DNA of 64,000 nt from Cyanophora paradoxa CCMP329 (GCA_004431415.1 QPMI01000633.1:1-64000); one strand, 5' to 3'; shown: positions 25,542 to 43,047, counted from the first letter of the stretch. Notes: generated from the letters alone by a model not told the origin. Program-made: numbers and translations.

Positions 25542-25770
25542 ATGCCTCCGAAGGCTTCGCCCCCGCCCCCGCCCCCCAAGCAGGCGCCGCCGCCGCCGCC
25601 GCCGTGCCCCAACCCCAAGGTACACAACTCAACCTGCTACGACACCAGCAGCGGGTGCGGAGCATCAGAGCGGCGCCCCCGAATTCCGAGCTCGACTCGG
25701 CGAGCTGATCACGAGCGACACGCCGTGGCGCAGGACGCACTGCGTGTCTTACTGGTACTGCCCCAAGTGA
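25542..25770 (+). CDS. Putative 49-aa Pro-rich, 4-Cys peptide (two exons)
   Basis: A GT-AG intron 25655-25733 with a GCTGAT branch-like site joins [38 protein letters not shown] to THCVSYWYCPK*. Confidence 0.45.
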
Positions 25771-25922
25771 TCGTACGCATGACCCGCGCGCGGCCGTCAC
25801 TCGCGATCAGAGACCTGCTAGCTCCGGGATCCCCGACAGCCCGAGCCCCTCTCGCAACCTGTATAGTTGTCCTCGTCTCGCACGAATCGGCCCAGTTTTA
25901 ATTCGATGCGACGCAGAGGCGC

Positions 25923-28576
25923 CTACGCGGGCGGGGCTCCCGGGGCGTTGGGGGAGGGGGGGGGCCTGGGCCTGGTCTGGGGCGGGGGCTGGGAGGGCGG
26001 GTCAGCTGCAGCACCACCAGCCCTTGCGCGGGGGCGGAGGCGCCCGCGCGGGGAGTGCCGGGGGCGCGGCGGCCCCTCGCCGCCCACGGGCGGCTGGCCG
26101 GCCGCTCCACCGACCCCTCGCGCCGCCGCTCGCCGGGGCGGGGCGCGAGGGCGTCTCCAGGGCCCGCGGCACGGGCGTGCCTGCCGGGCCCTCGTCAGGG
26201 GGCGGGGCGCCCGGGGGGCGCGCGGGGAGGCGGACTGCGGCGGGAGGGGCGCCAGTCGAGGCGGTGGTCGGGCCCGCTCAGGCGGAAGGCGGCGCCCCCG
26301 TACACCAGCCCGCACTCCGCCCCTGCCCCGCCCCGCCGCGCGGTCAGAGCGGAGGGGCGGGATGAAGGGCGCGGGAGCGGGAGCGGGAGCGGGGCGGACC
26401 GCCGGGGCGGGCGGAGGTGCACGGCGGGGCCGGCGGCGCGGGGGCGACGGAGAGGACGCCGGCCTCGGCGAGGGAGGCGCGCACCTGCAGCCCCCGCCCC
26501 GCCCCGCGAGGCGTCGGCCACGTGGGGGCCGGGGCCGGGGGTGGGGCAACGCACGGGCGGGGCGCCCCCCGGAGCCTCCTCGTCGTCGGCGAGGGCGCGC
26601 AGGAGGAAGTCGGCGGGGGCCGGGGGCACGCGCAGCTCCACCGCCGCCCCGAGGCCGTCCCCCCGCACCCCCTCCACCTCCCACCCCTCCAGCTCCTGCG
26701 CCCCGCGATCGAGGGGGCGGGGCGGGGGGTGGTGCGGGTGAAGTGCGGGGGGGAGCACGGATTCGGGGCGCCCCGCGAGACGGAGGGCGGCCTGCGGGCG
26801 GGAGGGCGGCCACCTCAGCGAGGCGGGCGAGGGGAAGGGAAGGGGTGGGCGTGCCTGGAGGAGGGCGAGGAGGCCCCGCGGGTCCGCCCGCCTCTCGAAG
26901 GACTCGTCCCCCCCGGCGACCTGCGGGGGCGGGGCTGAGGGGCACGCGCGGAGCAGGAGAGGGGGGCGGGCGGCCTTGAAGGTGAGGAGGCGCGGGGGCG
27001 CGGCGCGGCCGCCCGGCGCGGGGGCCGGCGCCGGGGCCGCCCCGCCGGCGAAGGCGGCGGCGAGGAGCGGCGGAGGGCGGCGACCTTCGGGCGGCCTCAG
27101 GGGGGCGGGGGCGGCAGGGGAGCGGGGCCCCACCTGGAGGAGCGGGCAGGCGCCCTCGTCCCCGCGCACGAAGTCCTCCACGGCGACCTCCCCGAGACGG
27201 CGTACCCCTCGCCGCCGGCCCCCTCCGGCAGCAGGCCCTCGTCCCGGAGGGCGCGCCACAGGTCGGCGGGGCGGGGTACCCCCGGGCCGAGGCCGGCGGC
27301 GAGGAGGCGGCGGAGGGCGGCGGGGCGGGGGCCTCGTCGGGGCGGGGCCGGGGGCGAGGGCGGCGCGGTGGGCCTCGTCGGAGCCCTCGCCGAGGAGCAT
27401 GCGGCAGGCCGCCCGCACCGCCGCCCGCACGTCCCCGCCGGCCCCGCCTCGCCGCCCCCGCCACCCCCCGCCTCCTCGACGAGACACGCCACGCCGGCCC
27501 CGCCAGCACGAACCTGCCGCCCCGCCCGCCTCGCCCCACACGCCCCGCAGCCGCCCCGCCCCGCGCACCGCGGCGGGCCCCAGGTGGGGGGTACAGGACG
27601 AGCACGCGGCCCGGGTCGAGGCCGACGCGGGCCACGGCGGCGTCGCGGAGGGCGTGGAGGGTCAGCGCGGCCTGCGGGGCGCTCAAACGGGCGGAGGCGC
27701 GGGGCGCGCGCGGGCTCCCGGGCGCGCCTGCTCGAGGAACGATGCGACCTCGGGGGCGGGGAAGCGGCGCCCGTTCTGCAGCAGCGCCCCCAGGCTGCCC
27801 CCGCCCCGCCCCGCTCGCCCCGCTCGCCCCGCTGCCCCGGCGGGCCCCGCGCGGCGCCTCGGACCTGGGGGCGTTGTAGTAGTCGTAGACGAGCGCGTAG
27901 CGGCCGTGCCACAGGAAAGCGTCCCACAGCGTCGCGGCCCCGTAGAGCCTGCGGGGTACCGTTCCCGCGGGCCCTCCGGGAGGGGGAAGGGCGGGGGGTT
28001 ATACCGGACGCGGGCGAGGGAGGCGAGGGGGCCGGGGCGGCGGAGAAGGGCGCGGGTGGCGGAGGGGCCGAGGAGGGTGAGGGCGTAGAGGGAGTCGCGG
28101 TGGGCGACGAGGAACTCGGCCCCCGCGTCGCCCTCGCCCAGCACCGACACCGCCGCGTACTCCCGCTCCCGCGAGGGCGCCGGCGCCGAGCCGGCCCCGG
28201 ACTCCCCGGGGGCGAGGTCGGGCGGGGGCGCCCCCCAGTCCTCCCGCACGCTCCGCGTCGAGCGCACGACGAGCCGCACGCGCGAGCAGCCGCACGCCCC
28301 CGGGCACCGGCACTCCGGCGAGGCGCAAGTCACCTGGCGCCCCCGCCGGCGGCTCAGCGCCGGGCCGGGGCGCGCGCCGGCGTCGGCAGGCGCGGGGCCA
28401 ACTCGCCTCGGGGTGCCGCAGGAGCTCGCGGACAGACTTCACCGGAATGGCGTTGGAGCGCAGGCACGCGATGCAGACGCAGGTCGTCGACGGGGCCGCC
28501 TGCGTCGCCCTGCGCCGCGCGCTGCTCGTCAGGCCGCGGCGCGGTTCGCGCGCGGGGGTAAGGCGGGTGCGGACAT
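25923..28576 (-). CDS. Divergent protein-kinase-fold protein, probable pseudokinase; ends approximate
   Basis: ATLWDAFLWHGRYALVYDYYN..GSLGALLQNGRRFPAPEVASFLEQ..ALTLHALRDAAVARVGLDPGRVLVL..GRFVLAG follows kinase subdomains IV-VII; Cys-rich N-terminus (CVCIAC, CASPECRCPGACGC). Confidence 0.55.
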
Positions 28577-29190
28577 GGCGTGTTCGAAAGAGCCTTCCCT
28601 TTGAAAGCGACGCCTGCGCCGAGGCTCGTCAACGCATACCGCTGGCACAAAAGCGAAAGCAGAGTTTACCGGGAAGACCTGGACAAGCGAAAGTGTGGCC
28701 GGACTGACGGTGACGCGAAAACTAGGCCGGTGCGTGTGCGATGCGGGGCAGTCGTGTCGGTGAACTGCTGAAGCGCTTAGCTCGCTGGTCCGTCTGGCGA
28801 CTGCAGCCGAGGCGGTGTTCGGGCGGAGGCGCGTTCGTCGAGAAAGCTACGCCGATTGCAGCCTAGCCCTAGCAGCTAGCTATAGATGCTCAAGAAGCGC
28901 GGACGGCGGCGCAGACGCCAGCCGCAGCGCCAGATGCGAACTTCGAACGTTTGGGCCGCCGTCGAACGTCAAGCCTTCTTCGCAGCCGTACCCCAAACCA
29001 AGCCGGCTACGCCCGGCTTGGGCTTGAGCAATTCGCGCTGCGCGGCATTTCACAGTCCTCCAGGCGGCCAGCAGATCCCGCCGCCCCGCGCCCAGAGCAC
29101 AAGGAGTTCACAAATTGTACAGCGATGTTAACGCACAGCATCGTACAGCCGGGACCCGCCCGCGGGCCCCCCCATCTACCGCCCGCCCGC

Positions 29191-32942
<3,752 letters not shown>

Positions 32943-33435
32943 TTACGCCAAACGTGCGCGTAACGGTGATTTAAGCGACTCGGCGATCGTTGGACGTCGA
33001 CATCGCCATCGAATCTAACACATTCGACATTTCGAATCCAAGTGCTAGCGCGCACGGTAGCGACCTGGCGATGCGCGCACGCTGGCGGCCTACGGCTTTA
33101 CTAAGTTAGCGCGCGCACCCGACGGCAAGCTAGCGCTAGCGCCAGCTATATAACGCTGCCGTAGTGCCGGGTGCAGCAGTACGCGTGCGTAGCTATAGCC
33201 AATAGATAAGAGGCAGTAAATGTTGACGCGTACGATACATGAATATCAAAACTGAATTTTGCAGCTGAAAGAGGCGCCCGTCGGACGAGAAAGAGAAAAG
33301 AGATGCCGCAGTGCTCCTCGGACGACGGGGCGAAAGCTACGCGGTCCTGGGGAAAGGGGGAAGATGGTTCTAGCTGGCTTGGGCACGAGGATTCGGAATG
33401 GGGGGAGGAGGTGGCGTTGAGGACGAGGTGTGACG

Positions 33436-34370
33436 CTACTGCTCCTTCTTGCGGGGGGGCACGAAGCCGACGTGGGTGTACTTCGAGTCGAACTTCATCG
33501 CCCAGTCGTTCAGCGTGTCCTGCCAGACGGGCCGTTGGCCTTGACATTGCGCAGGGGGCGCATGGGTTTGAAGGGAAAGGAGACGCCAAGCCAGCCTAGA
33601 GACTGGTAGGGGCAACGTAGATCTCGGGGGCTCTAGATTAGGCCTCGGATAAATCTAGATTGGTTGAACTGCTGAAGTGCCTCTGCTACAGCGAAGATGG
33701 GGAGCGGAGGCGACGCGAGCGGGCTGGATCCGGGCCGCGGACGCCGGGCGCGTGGGAACGCGCAGGGGGGCGGCGGGCGAGGGGCGGGAGGGCGGACCTT
33801 CTCGCCCCAGGAGAGGTCCTCCCACTCGGGACGGCAGTCCGCGGCGTCTAGGGAGCTCTTGGCGAGCGCGCGGGAGCAGTCGCGGCCGGCGAATTTGGCG
33901 TACGGGCCGCCCGGCCCGTAGAACTGCTTGCCCTTGGTCACGTCGTAGACGCGGCCCTTGATGGCGAGGTAGAGCGGCTTCGACTCGTCCCGCCCGTCGA
34001 ACTCCAGCAGCTCCTCCGGCGTGAAGTCCCGCAGCTCGACCGGTTGCGGCGGCGGCGGCGGCGGCTGCGGCCCGGCTGCTGCCACCCGCGATGCCCCGCC
34101 GTCCCCGCGCAGCTTCTTCACGAGCATGAAGACAAGCAGGATGCCTCCCCCGATGAGCACCGCCTGCGCGCGGGCCAGAGTTCAGCGCGCACCGCGTTTG
34201 GCCGCTTGGCTCGGTTGCGCAGACACAAGGGGCTTGCGAACGGCGCGGCGCAGCGCGGCGCCACGCGCCGCGCTCCCTAAACCCGACCGCGCGTGTTGTG
34301 TCTCAGAGGGGCGGGTCGCGAGCGCACGAACCTGCTGTATCGATGCGTCGGCGAGCATGGCTCTGAGCAT
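33436..34370 (-). CDS. Membrane-associated progesterone receptor-like (MAPR/PGRMC) cytochrome-b5-like heme/steroid-binding protein
   Basis: N-terminal TM (VLIGGGILLVFMLV), RDFTPEELLEFDGRDESKPLYLAIKGRVYDVTKGKQFYGPGGPYAKFAGRDCSRALAKSSL, last exon DTLNDWAMKFDSKYTHVG. Confidence 0.92.
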
Positions 34371-34603
34371 GAACAATAAGATATGCTTCGACGCTTGTGG
34401 TAAAGTTCGCTCGTCTTCTGTTTGGGGGTACCGTCACCGTTGGCTTCGCGTCCGCTTCCCGGGCAGAACGAGCTTCCGAAGCGCCTGAATCGCACTGTAC
34501 ATACAGCGAAGAACGTATTACGCACGCGGCCCCGCCCGGAGACCGTGCACTTTTCGAATTCAAGACCGTGCACTAGAGCACCTCAGCTGCAGCGGCGGAT
34601 GAG

Positions 34604-37600
34604 ATGAGAGGGTGCTTACGGTGCGTTCAGTTGTGATCTGCTTTTGCAGCGGGTCGACGGAGCGCTCTTTGCAGAAGGCTCGCCGTGCTCTTCGCGGTGT
34701 TAGCTGTTGTACAGCTGGCAGTGGGACAAGGCAGGATAGATCCGCTCGGCACGGTGAGAACGCTCGTAGGAAGAGCCGAGCAGGGATCCACCGTACGTGA
34801 CTCGCTGGCGGCCGGCCGTCGCCTGCGTGAAGGCTCACTGCGCCCTGCAGGATGGGTTCGGGAGCAGCGCCAGCCTGCACGAGCCGTGGGAGATTTCTAT
34901 GGACCACAGCGGCAGCTTCATGTTTGTGTCGGACCGCGGCGTGGCCGCGATTCGGAAGGTGACGGAGCAAGGGTCGATCGAGCTCTTCGCCGGCTCGTAC
35001 GGCCAGCACGGCTACGTGGACAACGTCCCGCTCAAGAAGTGCGTCCGTAGGTTGCTGCGGGGCAGTTCGGCGCGCACCGAAGCGGCCGCGCGCAGGGCGC
35101 TGTTCCAGAACCCGACGGGCGTGGCGTGGGATCCGGCGCTGCAGGTCCTCTACGTGGCGGATGAAGGGAACGCGGTTATCCGCAAGCTGGACGCGGGCGC
35201 TGACCTCGTCACGACCCTCGCCGGCACCGGCGCCGCCGGCCACGTCGACTCCGAGGACGCCAAGAGGTGCGCGGGGGGGGGGGCGCCGGGGGGCCTTCGG
35301 GCGCCCTCAGCGGGGCGCAGCGCGCAGTTCGGGTTCCCGGGCTCGCTGGCGCTCTACCACCCCACGACGGAGCTGCTGGTCGCCGACGAGCACTACGTCC
35401 GCGCCGTCGCCCTCGACCCGCAGGGTGCCCCCGGCCCCCCGCCCTCCCGCACCTGCCCCCCCCGGCGAACCCGCGTCGGCCACAGGTGACGCGCGGGGCG
35501 TCCGGACGGTGGCGGAGCTGCCGATACTTGGGCCCGGCCACGGGGAGGACTACAACGAGCGGTCCGCCCCCGCGCGCCTCCGCAGGACGAGAGGCTGCCG
35601 CGCGAGCCTCACGCGGCGCGCCGGCGCGCGCGCAGGCGTGCGGTCCTCGGCCTCTGCGTGGACAACTACCGCCAGAACGTCTACGTGTCGAGGTGACCGG
35701 CCGTCCGCGCGCTGCCACGGCCCCCCGGACCGACCCCTCGCCGCCTGAGCCGCCCCGGCAGCGCTTGGCACGACCGCGTCTACCGATTCTCCCTGCGCAA
35801 GACCGGCGCCGGCGCGCTGCCCCGCAGCCGCCAGGGGCCCCGCGCTGACGGGCGGCCCGCAGGCCCCCTGGAGATCTACGCCGGCTCGGGGGTCCGCGGC
35901 TTCGTCGACGGCTTCCGCGTCGGCTCCCCGCCGGCCCAGTTCACGAAGCCGTGGGTGCGCCGCGGCGAGCCCTGCTGCATGTCTGCGCGGGCGAGAGCGG
36001 GGGCGCGCAGGGCCTGGCGATCGACGAGCCGAGCGAGACCCTCTACGTGGTGGCCAGCCAGGACCAGAGGCGCCCGCCGCCCCGCCGCTCGCTCGCTGCG
36101 GGGCGTCCAACGGGGCGCAGGATCCTGAAGATCCACCCCGACGAGTACGAGGGGGACGGGGCCACGCTGCAACAGTACGGCTACGTCGAGTCCATCGCCG
36201 GCGGCGGCCGCTACGCCTTCAGCGACGGCCACGGCACCCAGGCGAGCTCGAGCGAGCGCGCACCGCGCCGCCCCCCGCCCGGCGCCGCGCGCTGAGGTCC
36301 CCGGGGGGGCGCAGGCGCTCTTCTTCAACCCCGTCGGCATCGCCCTCGCCCGCACCGAGGGCTTCCTCTACGTCGCCGGTGCCCCCGGCCCCGCCCCCCT
36401 CGCCCCGCCCCTCCGCAACAGAACGCGGCTGCCGCAGACCGCGAGAACCACCGCATCCGCCGCGTCTCCGTGTCCGGTACCCCCGGCGCGCTCCGTCCCC
36501 GCGGCGCACATCCGAGCGCCCGCGGCGGCAGGCACGGTGACGGACGTCGAGCCGAAGTCGGGGTCGGGGCGCGGCGGCTTCCCCGTCACGATCACGTACC
36601 CTCCCACTTCGCCCCCCGTTCTCTCTCGCCATCCCCGAGCCGGCTCGCAGGGGTACAAACCTCGGCTCCGGGAAGGACGTGTACCGCGTCATCCTCTGCG
36701 GCCGCGACGCCCCCGTCGTCTCCCAGGTACCCCCGGCCCGCTCCGTCCCCATCCCCCTTCCTTATCCCTTCCGCAGTCGCCGGAGGGGACGGAGGTGGTC
36801 GTCACGGCCCCCGAGGGCGTCCCCGGAGCGGTGCGCGGCTGCGCCCCCCGAGCCTGCAGAGCGCGCCGCTGAGCGGCCAGCGCACCGCCGCAGGAGTGCG
36901 CCGTCTTCGTCAAGTCGACTTCCTCGGGGACCACGGCGCGCGCGCCCCTCTCCGCTCTCCTCCCCCGGCTCACCGCGGGCGCCAGGTGGGGGAGGCGAAG
37001 TGCATCCGCTTCTCCTACTTCGGTGCGGGGCGGCGGGGCGGCCGGCTGCCGGTCCTCTCTGCGCGCGCGCGACGTCGACGCCGGCCGCAGCGGCGAGCAA
37101 GATCACGGGGGTGCAGCCGGTGCAGCTGGACTGCGGGGCGCGCGCGGCCGTCACCATCTCGGGCCAGGTGCCGCGCCGGCCGCGGCCTCGCGCCTCGCGC
37201 CTCGCGCGACGGGGCGGGGGCAGGCGCTGGGGAGCGGGAGCGACGTGCACCGCGTGGACTTCGGCTCGGCGACGAGTAGCGAGATCATCCGCCAGGCGCC
37301 CCCGCCCCCGCGCCGCCCGCCCCGCCCCGCGTCTCACGCTGGGGCGGCAGTCGGCGGAGGAGGTCGTGGTGAAGGCCCCCGCCTGCCTCGAGCTCGGCGA
37401 CGTGGCCGTCAAGGCGCGCGCCCCGCCCCCGCCCCCTCTCCTGCGCCGGCGAGCGCCGGCCGGCAGGTGCACTCCAGCTCGGCCGGCGTCACCGAGCTCC
37501 CCGCCCGCTTCCAGTTCCTCCGCCCCGGTGCGCCCCTCCTGCCCGCCCGCCCCCATCAGCCCCGCCCGCCGCCCTCCGACGGGGCCGCCAGCGAGCGCCG

Positions 37601-40600
37601 TGAGCACGGTGTACCCCTCCACGGCGCCCTGCGAGGCGCAGCCGGCCGTCACCATCACGGGCACCGTGCGCCTCCTGCGCCACCCTCCCCGCCCGCTCCG
37701 CGCGCGCGGCCTGAGGCCGGCCCCCGCCCAGTGGCTCGGCGAGGGCGACGTCTTCCAGGTTCGACTCCCCGCCGCCCCGCTTCCTCGCCCCTCCCCCGAG
37801 CCGCCCGCCCTCAGGTCGACTTCGGCTCGGCCAAGTCGACGGCCATCATCTCGCAGGCGCGACGCCCCCGAAGTGACGCGCAGCCGGGCGGGGGCCCCCG
37901 GGCGAGCGCGGGGGCGTGGCGCAGGACGCGGGCGGTGCGAACCTGGTGGTGAGGGCGCCCGTGTGCGCGGAGAGCGGGTCGGTGAACGTGAAGGTGCTGC
38001 CCGCTCCCGCCGCCCCTCGCGCCCGGAGCCCGAGCCCCCCGCGCAGGTCTTCAGCCGCAAGTACGGCCAGACGGAGGCCGTCAGCGCCTTCACCTTCGGC
38101 TCCCGCGGTGAGGGCCCCCCGGAGATCCCGCGACCGCAGGCGGGGGCTGACGCGCGGCGCGCAGGGACGATCCTCTCCGTCTCGCCCAACGCCGTCCAGT
38201 GCGGCTCGCGGCAGACCGTCACCATCGCCGGCAACGTGCGCGCCGGCGCGGCCGCCCCGCCCCTCCGCCGGGCCCTGAGCGCGCGCGCCGGCGGCAGCAC
38301 ATCGGGGGCGACGTCTACCGCGTCGACTTCGGCTCGACGCCCACGACAGAGATCCAGTTCCAGGCGCGCCGCGGCGGGGTGGGGAGAGGAGTGCCGCGCG
38401 CCGCGGCTGAGGCGGCCTCCCTCGGAGCGCAGAGCGCGGAGAAGGTGATCGTGCGGGCGCCGAAGTGCGGGGCGACGGGGGAGGCCCAGATCAAGGTCCG
38501 CGGGGCCCTCGCCTCGCTCTCCCCCGCGCGGCGCCGACGCCGCCCCCGCAGCTCTGGTCCCGCTCCATGGGCAGCGTCGCCTCCCCGCCCTCCGGCTTCT
38601 TCTCCTTCCTCGCCGACGCCGGTGCGCCCCCACGCGCCGGCCCCGCCCCGCCCCACCGAAAACCCGCCGGCCCGCGCCCCCGCCAGCGGCCGCCCCGCCC
38701 CGCCGCCCCCGCCGCCGCCCCCAAGGAGGAGCCCGCGCCGCCCCCGCCGGAGCCGGAGCCGGAGCCCGAGCCGGAGCCCGAGGAGGAATCGTGCGCGTAC
38801 ACCTTTTGATTCCCGCGGATCCTCTTTTGCGATCTCGGTACCCCCCGGCAGTTACTCCTCGCGGACACGCTCGGTCGTCGTTCCAGCGACGGGCGTTGAG
38901 CTGACCGGCGCCGCCACCGCCCCGGTCCGAAGCGACGCCCAGCCCGCCTCGCCCGATCCGCGCTGCGCCCGGCCGACGCGGCGCCGGCCGCAGACGCACG
39001 CGTACGTGCAGGCGCCGCTGGGCGGCAGCTACCGCCTGCGCTCTGCCCTCGAGCTCACCGCCGTCTCCTACGCCGACGCCACCGGGGCGCGCCTTCCCCC
39101 GCCCGAGCCCTCCCCGGCCCCGCTGAGCCGGCGCAGTCCTCGCCGTTCGGGTACAGCCCATCCTTCCTGCGGGACGTGTGGCCCCCCGTGCTCTGCAACC
39201 CCGTCCCCGGGGAGTACCTCTTCGAGGCTGACGTCGAGGCGCCCCCGCCCCGCCCGCCCCGCCGGCCGTGCTGGCCGCGCCTGACGGCGGGAGGGCAGGC
39301 CGACGGGGGCGTCGTGCACCACTACAAGGCCTCCCTCACCGTCACCGGCCTCGCCTGTGCGAACGAAGCCGCGCCGGAGGGGCGCGCGGGCGGCTGACGG
39401 GGCGGGCAGCGAGCGCGGGGGGCCTCGCCGCCTACGTCGCCTCGGCGGTCCTCCTCCTCACGGCCGCCTCCGCCCTCGCCGCGACGCTGCTCGGCGTCAA
39501 GGTCGGCCACCTCCTGGTGCGCCCCGCCCCCGCCCCCTCCGCCTCCGCCCCGCCCCGGCCGGCACCCCGGGAGCTGAACCCCGTGGCCCCTCAGATGGCG
39601 GTCTTCTTCGCGCAGTACGTGGCGCTCATGGCGGCCCTCGACCTCCCCAACCCGGGCCCCGGCTTCCGCGCGGTCCGCCCGCCCGGGGCGCGGCGCGAGG
39701 CGGCGGGGCGGCGGCGGGTGACGGCGGGGCGCAGTTCAGCGCCGGCCTCTCGTGGACGGTCCTCCACTTCCCCTTCCCCTGGGAGGCGGCGCACGCCGGG
39801 GACGCCCCCGGGCACCTCTTCTCGTCCGCCCCCTCCGCCCCCCGCCCGGGCCGCCCCGACGCCTCGTCCCGCAGGAGGGCGCAGCCGAACCCGACCCCGA
39901 GAACGCCTGCCCCCGCGACCGTGCCCCTCCCCGGCCCGCCGCACCCGGCCGCGCCCGGCCCGAGCGTTACCGCAGCCATCTACCTCTGGTTCCCCCACTC
40001 GGCGCTCCTGGCGCCGGCGCTGGCCGCCCTCACGGTGCCTCCCCGCACGCGGCCGGCCTGCCCGCCGCGCCGCCTCACCGCAGCCCGGGGCGCCAGGTCG
40101 TCGGTGCCTTCGCCGCGCACTACGCTTACGTCGCGGCCTCGGGCGCCGCCTCCCTCCCGGTGCCCGCGCCGGCCGCCGCGCGCACGAGGAGGCGGGCGGC
40201 GCCTGAGGCGTCGCCGGGGCGGGCAGGGCGCGTCTCGTTCTGGAAGATCATCTACGTGGGGCCCAGGTGCGCCCACCAGCGCGCGCGCCCCCCGCGGGGC
40301 CCGGCCTCGAGGGGCGCGCCGCGCAGTGCCTCTTCTTGGGGCCCGTGGTGCACGCGGCGCGCGCCCTCGCCGCCCACGCCGCCTCGGGCGCCCCCTGGAA
40401 GCCCCTCCTCGCCCTCGCCCTCGTGCGCCCCGCCCGCCCCCCGCGCGAGACCCGGGCGGGGGTCGCTGAGGGGCGGGGCGGCAGCTGTGCGCGCTGGGCG
40501 GCTGGGTCGCCTTCCTCTACGTCGGCCTCCGCTACAAGGCGCCCCCCGCCCGCCCCGCCCCGCCCCGCAGGCCGCCGCCCTCCGAGCCGCCCCGCGCAGA

Positions 40601-43047
40601 TCGAGAAGCGCAAGGCAGTGGAGTTCCGCCACTTCGAGGGCGGCGCGCGCCCCGAGGCCTCCCAGCCCCACGAGGCGCGCCCGGGCGGGCGGGGCGCTGG
40701 CGGGCCCGCGCCCCTCGCGCCTGACGCGCCGCGCCTGCAGGTGGAGGACCCGTGCGGCGTGTGCCACACCGCCGGCGAGTGGCAGAACGTCAAGGGCGGT
40801 GCGCGCCCCCTCCTCCCCCCGTGCCTCCGGGGCGCGGGGCGCCCCGCTGAGCGCCGGGGCGCCAGGAGAGGTCCACCTCCGCAACCACGGCTACCTCTTC
40901 CGCAAGGCCCGCCCCTCCCGCCGCCCGCCCCCCGCCCCGCCCCCCGCCCCGCCTCGCGACCGGCGAGCGGCCGCCGGGCGCGCAGTTCCGCTACGAGAAG
41001 CGCGCCTTCGCGTACCACCCGATGTACCTCCTCAAGCTCTTCCTCGCCGTCCGCGCCCGCCCCCCGCCCCGCCCGCCGCCCCGGGCCGAGGCCGGCGCGC
41101 CGCGCAGGGCCTCGTGCTCGGCTGCGGCTGGTCGGGCGGCCGCTCCCCCGCCGTCCTCCCATCCAGGTCCCCGCCGCCCGCCGCCGCCCGCCCCGTCCCG
41201 CCCCCGCCGCCCCGCGAGGCGCGCGGCAGGTGCTGCTGCTGCTGGCGCTGGAGGGGCCCACGTGGCGTACCTCGCCCTCGCCCGCCCTTCGCCGACTCCT
41301 CCAAGAACTTCCTCGAGGCCGGTCCGCCCGCCGCCCCGCCCGGCCCCGCCCCGCCCTCACGCCCCGCCCGCCCCGCAGGCACCTGCCTCGTCACCGGCGC
41401 GCTCCTCGTCGGGCACGCCGCCGCCCGCGCCGCCAGCTCCCCTTCGAGTGCGCCGGCCCCGCCACGCCGGCCCGGGGCGGCCGCCGAGGGCGGGGCAGGG
41501 GCGGGGAGGCGGTGCTGGGGGAGGCCATGTGGCTCCTCGCCTTCCTCTGGCTCCTCCTCCTCTGCCTCGCCGCCCTCCGCGACCACTGGTCCCCGCCCCG
41601 CCCCGCCCCGCCCTCCCCGGCCCCGCCCCGCTCACCCCGCCCCGCAGGTTCCTCCGCAAGATGCCCGGCGAGGTCAAGGTGCCACCCCGCCCCGCGCCGG
41701 GCCGCTGCGGGGACTGACGGCGACGGGGCGGCAGATGCTGCCGGACATCCCGCGCGCCGGGCACAACACGCGGGCCGTCTGGGAGGAGGCCCGCCCGCCC
41801 CTCCCCGGCCCCCGGCCCCTCCCCCGCCTCTCACCGCCCGCGCCCCCCGGCCCCCGCCCCCGCAGTTCCCCAGCTTCATGAGCGAGGCCACGGTCCGCCC
41901 CGGCGCCCCCGGCGACCCCGCCCCCGCCAACCTCCCCGCAGGCCCGCAACGTCTTCGTCTCCACTGTCCCCCCCCAGGCCCTCGTGCGCGCGCGCCAGCG
42001 GGCCGGCGACCCTTCCGACGCTGAGGCGGGGGGTCCTCAGGCGAACTCCATCGCACAATCCCAGCGCGCCGTCGCCGGGGGGCCGGGCCCGCTGGCGGCG
42101 TCCCTCCGCGGTGGCCCCGTCTCCGCCGCGGCCTACGGGTGCCCTCGCCCGCCCCCACCGATCCTTACGCGCAGGCGCGCCGATTGCCGCCCCGCAGCTC
42201 GGGCCTGAGCCCGCTTTTCGCGACGAACGACCCCAATGCGGCGGCGGCCGCCGGCCTGGGGGCGCGCCCCTCCGCCACCCGCGTCTTCCGCGTCTCGTAC
42301 CCCGCCTCCTCCCCCTTCGAGCCCACGGGGGTACACCCGCTCACCCGCCCGCCTGCGCCGGGCCTTGGCCGCGCCTGATGCGCGGCTCGCAGGGCCCCTC
42401 GGCGCCCAGGACGCTCTGGGTCGCCCCCGTGACGTCAGCCGTGGACGCGGGCCCCGCCGCCCCCGCCGACGTTGCGGCCGCCTTCGTGCGCGGCGGCCCT
42501 CGCGGCCCCGGGCCCCCGCCCCGCTGAGGAGCGCGCAGCCCGATGAGTTCTTCCCGCCCGCCCCGCCCCCCACTGGCATCGCCTCCAACCTGCACCAGTC
42601 CTACGGTCCGCACCCGGCCCTTCTCCTCCCCTCCGCCGCTCTGACCCGCCTTCTCGCCAGTGGCGGCGCGCGCTGTCGAGTCGGCTCTGCCCGCCCCCGG
42701 CCCCGTCCACGGCCTCGCCTCCAGCGTCCACTCCTCCTACGGTCCGCGCCCCTGCCGCCGCCGCCGCGCCGGCCCGCCCACGCCGACCCGTGCTGGCAGT
42801 GCCCGTGGCGCGGGGGAGCGACTTGTTCGGCACGGCCGACGCCCGTCTGCACTCGGGCCAGCTGGGCGCCGGCGCCGCGGCGGGCCCGCTGCACGGCTCG
42901 CTTCGGCGCCCGAGCGGGGGCGGCCTCGGCGGGCGGCCGTCGCTCAACACCGCGACCCCGCCGCCTCCGGCAGGGCGCCTCTCCAACTCGTACGCGCCGG
43001 CGCAGAGCGACTGGCAGGTCCAGCAGGGCTATTTCCGCATCACCTGA
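34604..43047 (+). CDS. Large secretory-pathway membrane protein: signal peptide, NHL-repeat propeller, several IPT/TIG repeats, multi-TM C-terminal region
   Basis: Signal RLAVLFAVLAVVQLAVG; NHL motifs FQNPTGVAWD..LYVADEGNAVIRKL, FFNPVGIAL; IPT motifs (AVTITGT|WLGEGDVFQ|VDFG, ILSVSPNAV..TVTIAGN); hydrophobic helices from ~39420; ends QQGYFRIT*. Dozens of short exons. Confidence 0.8.
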
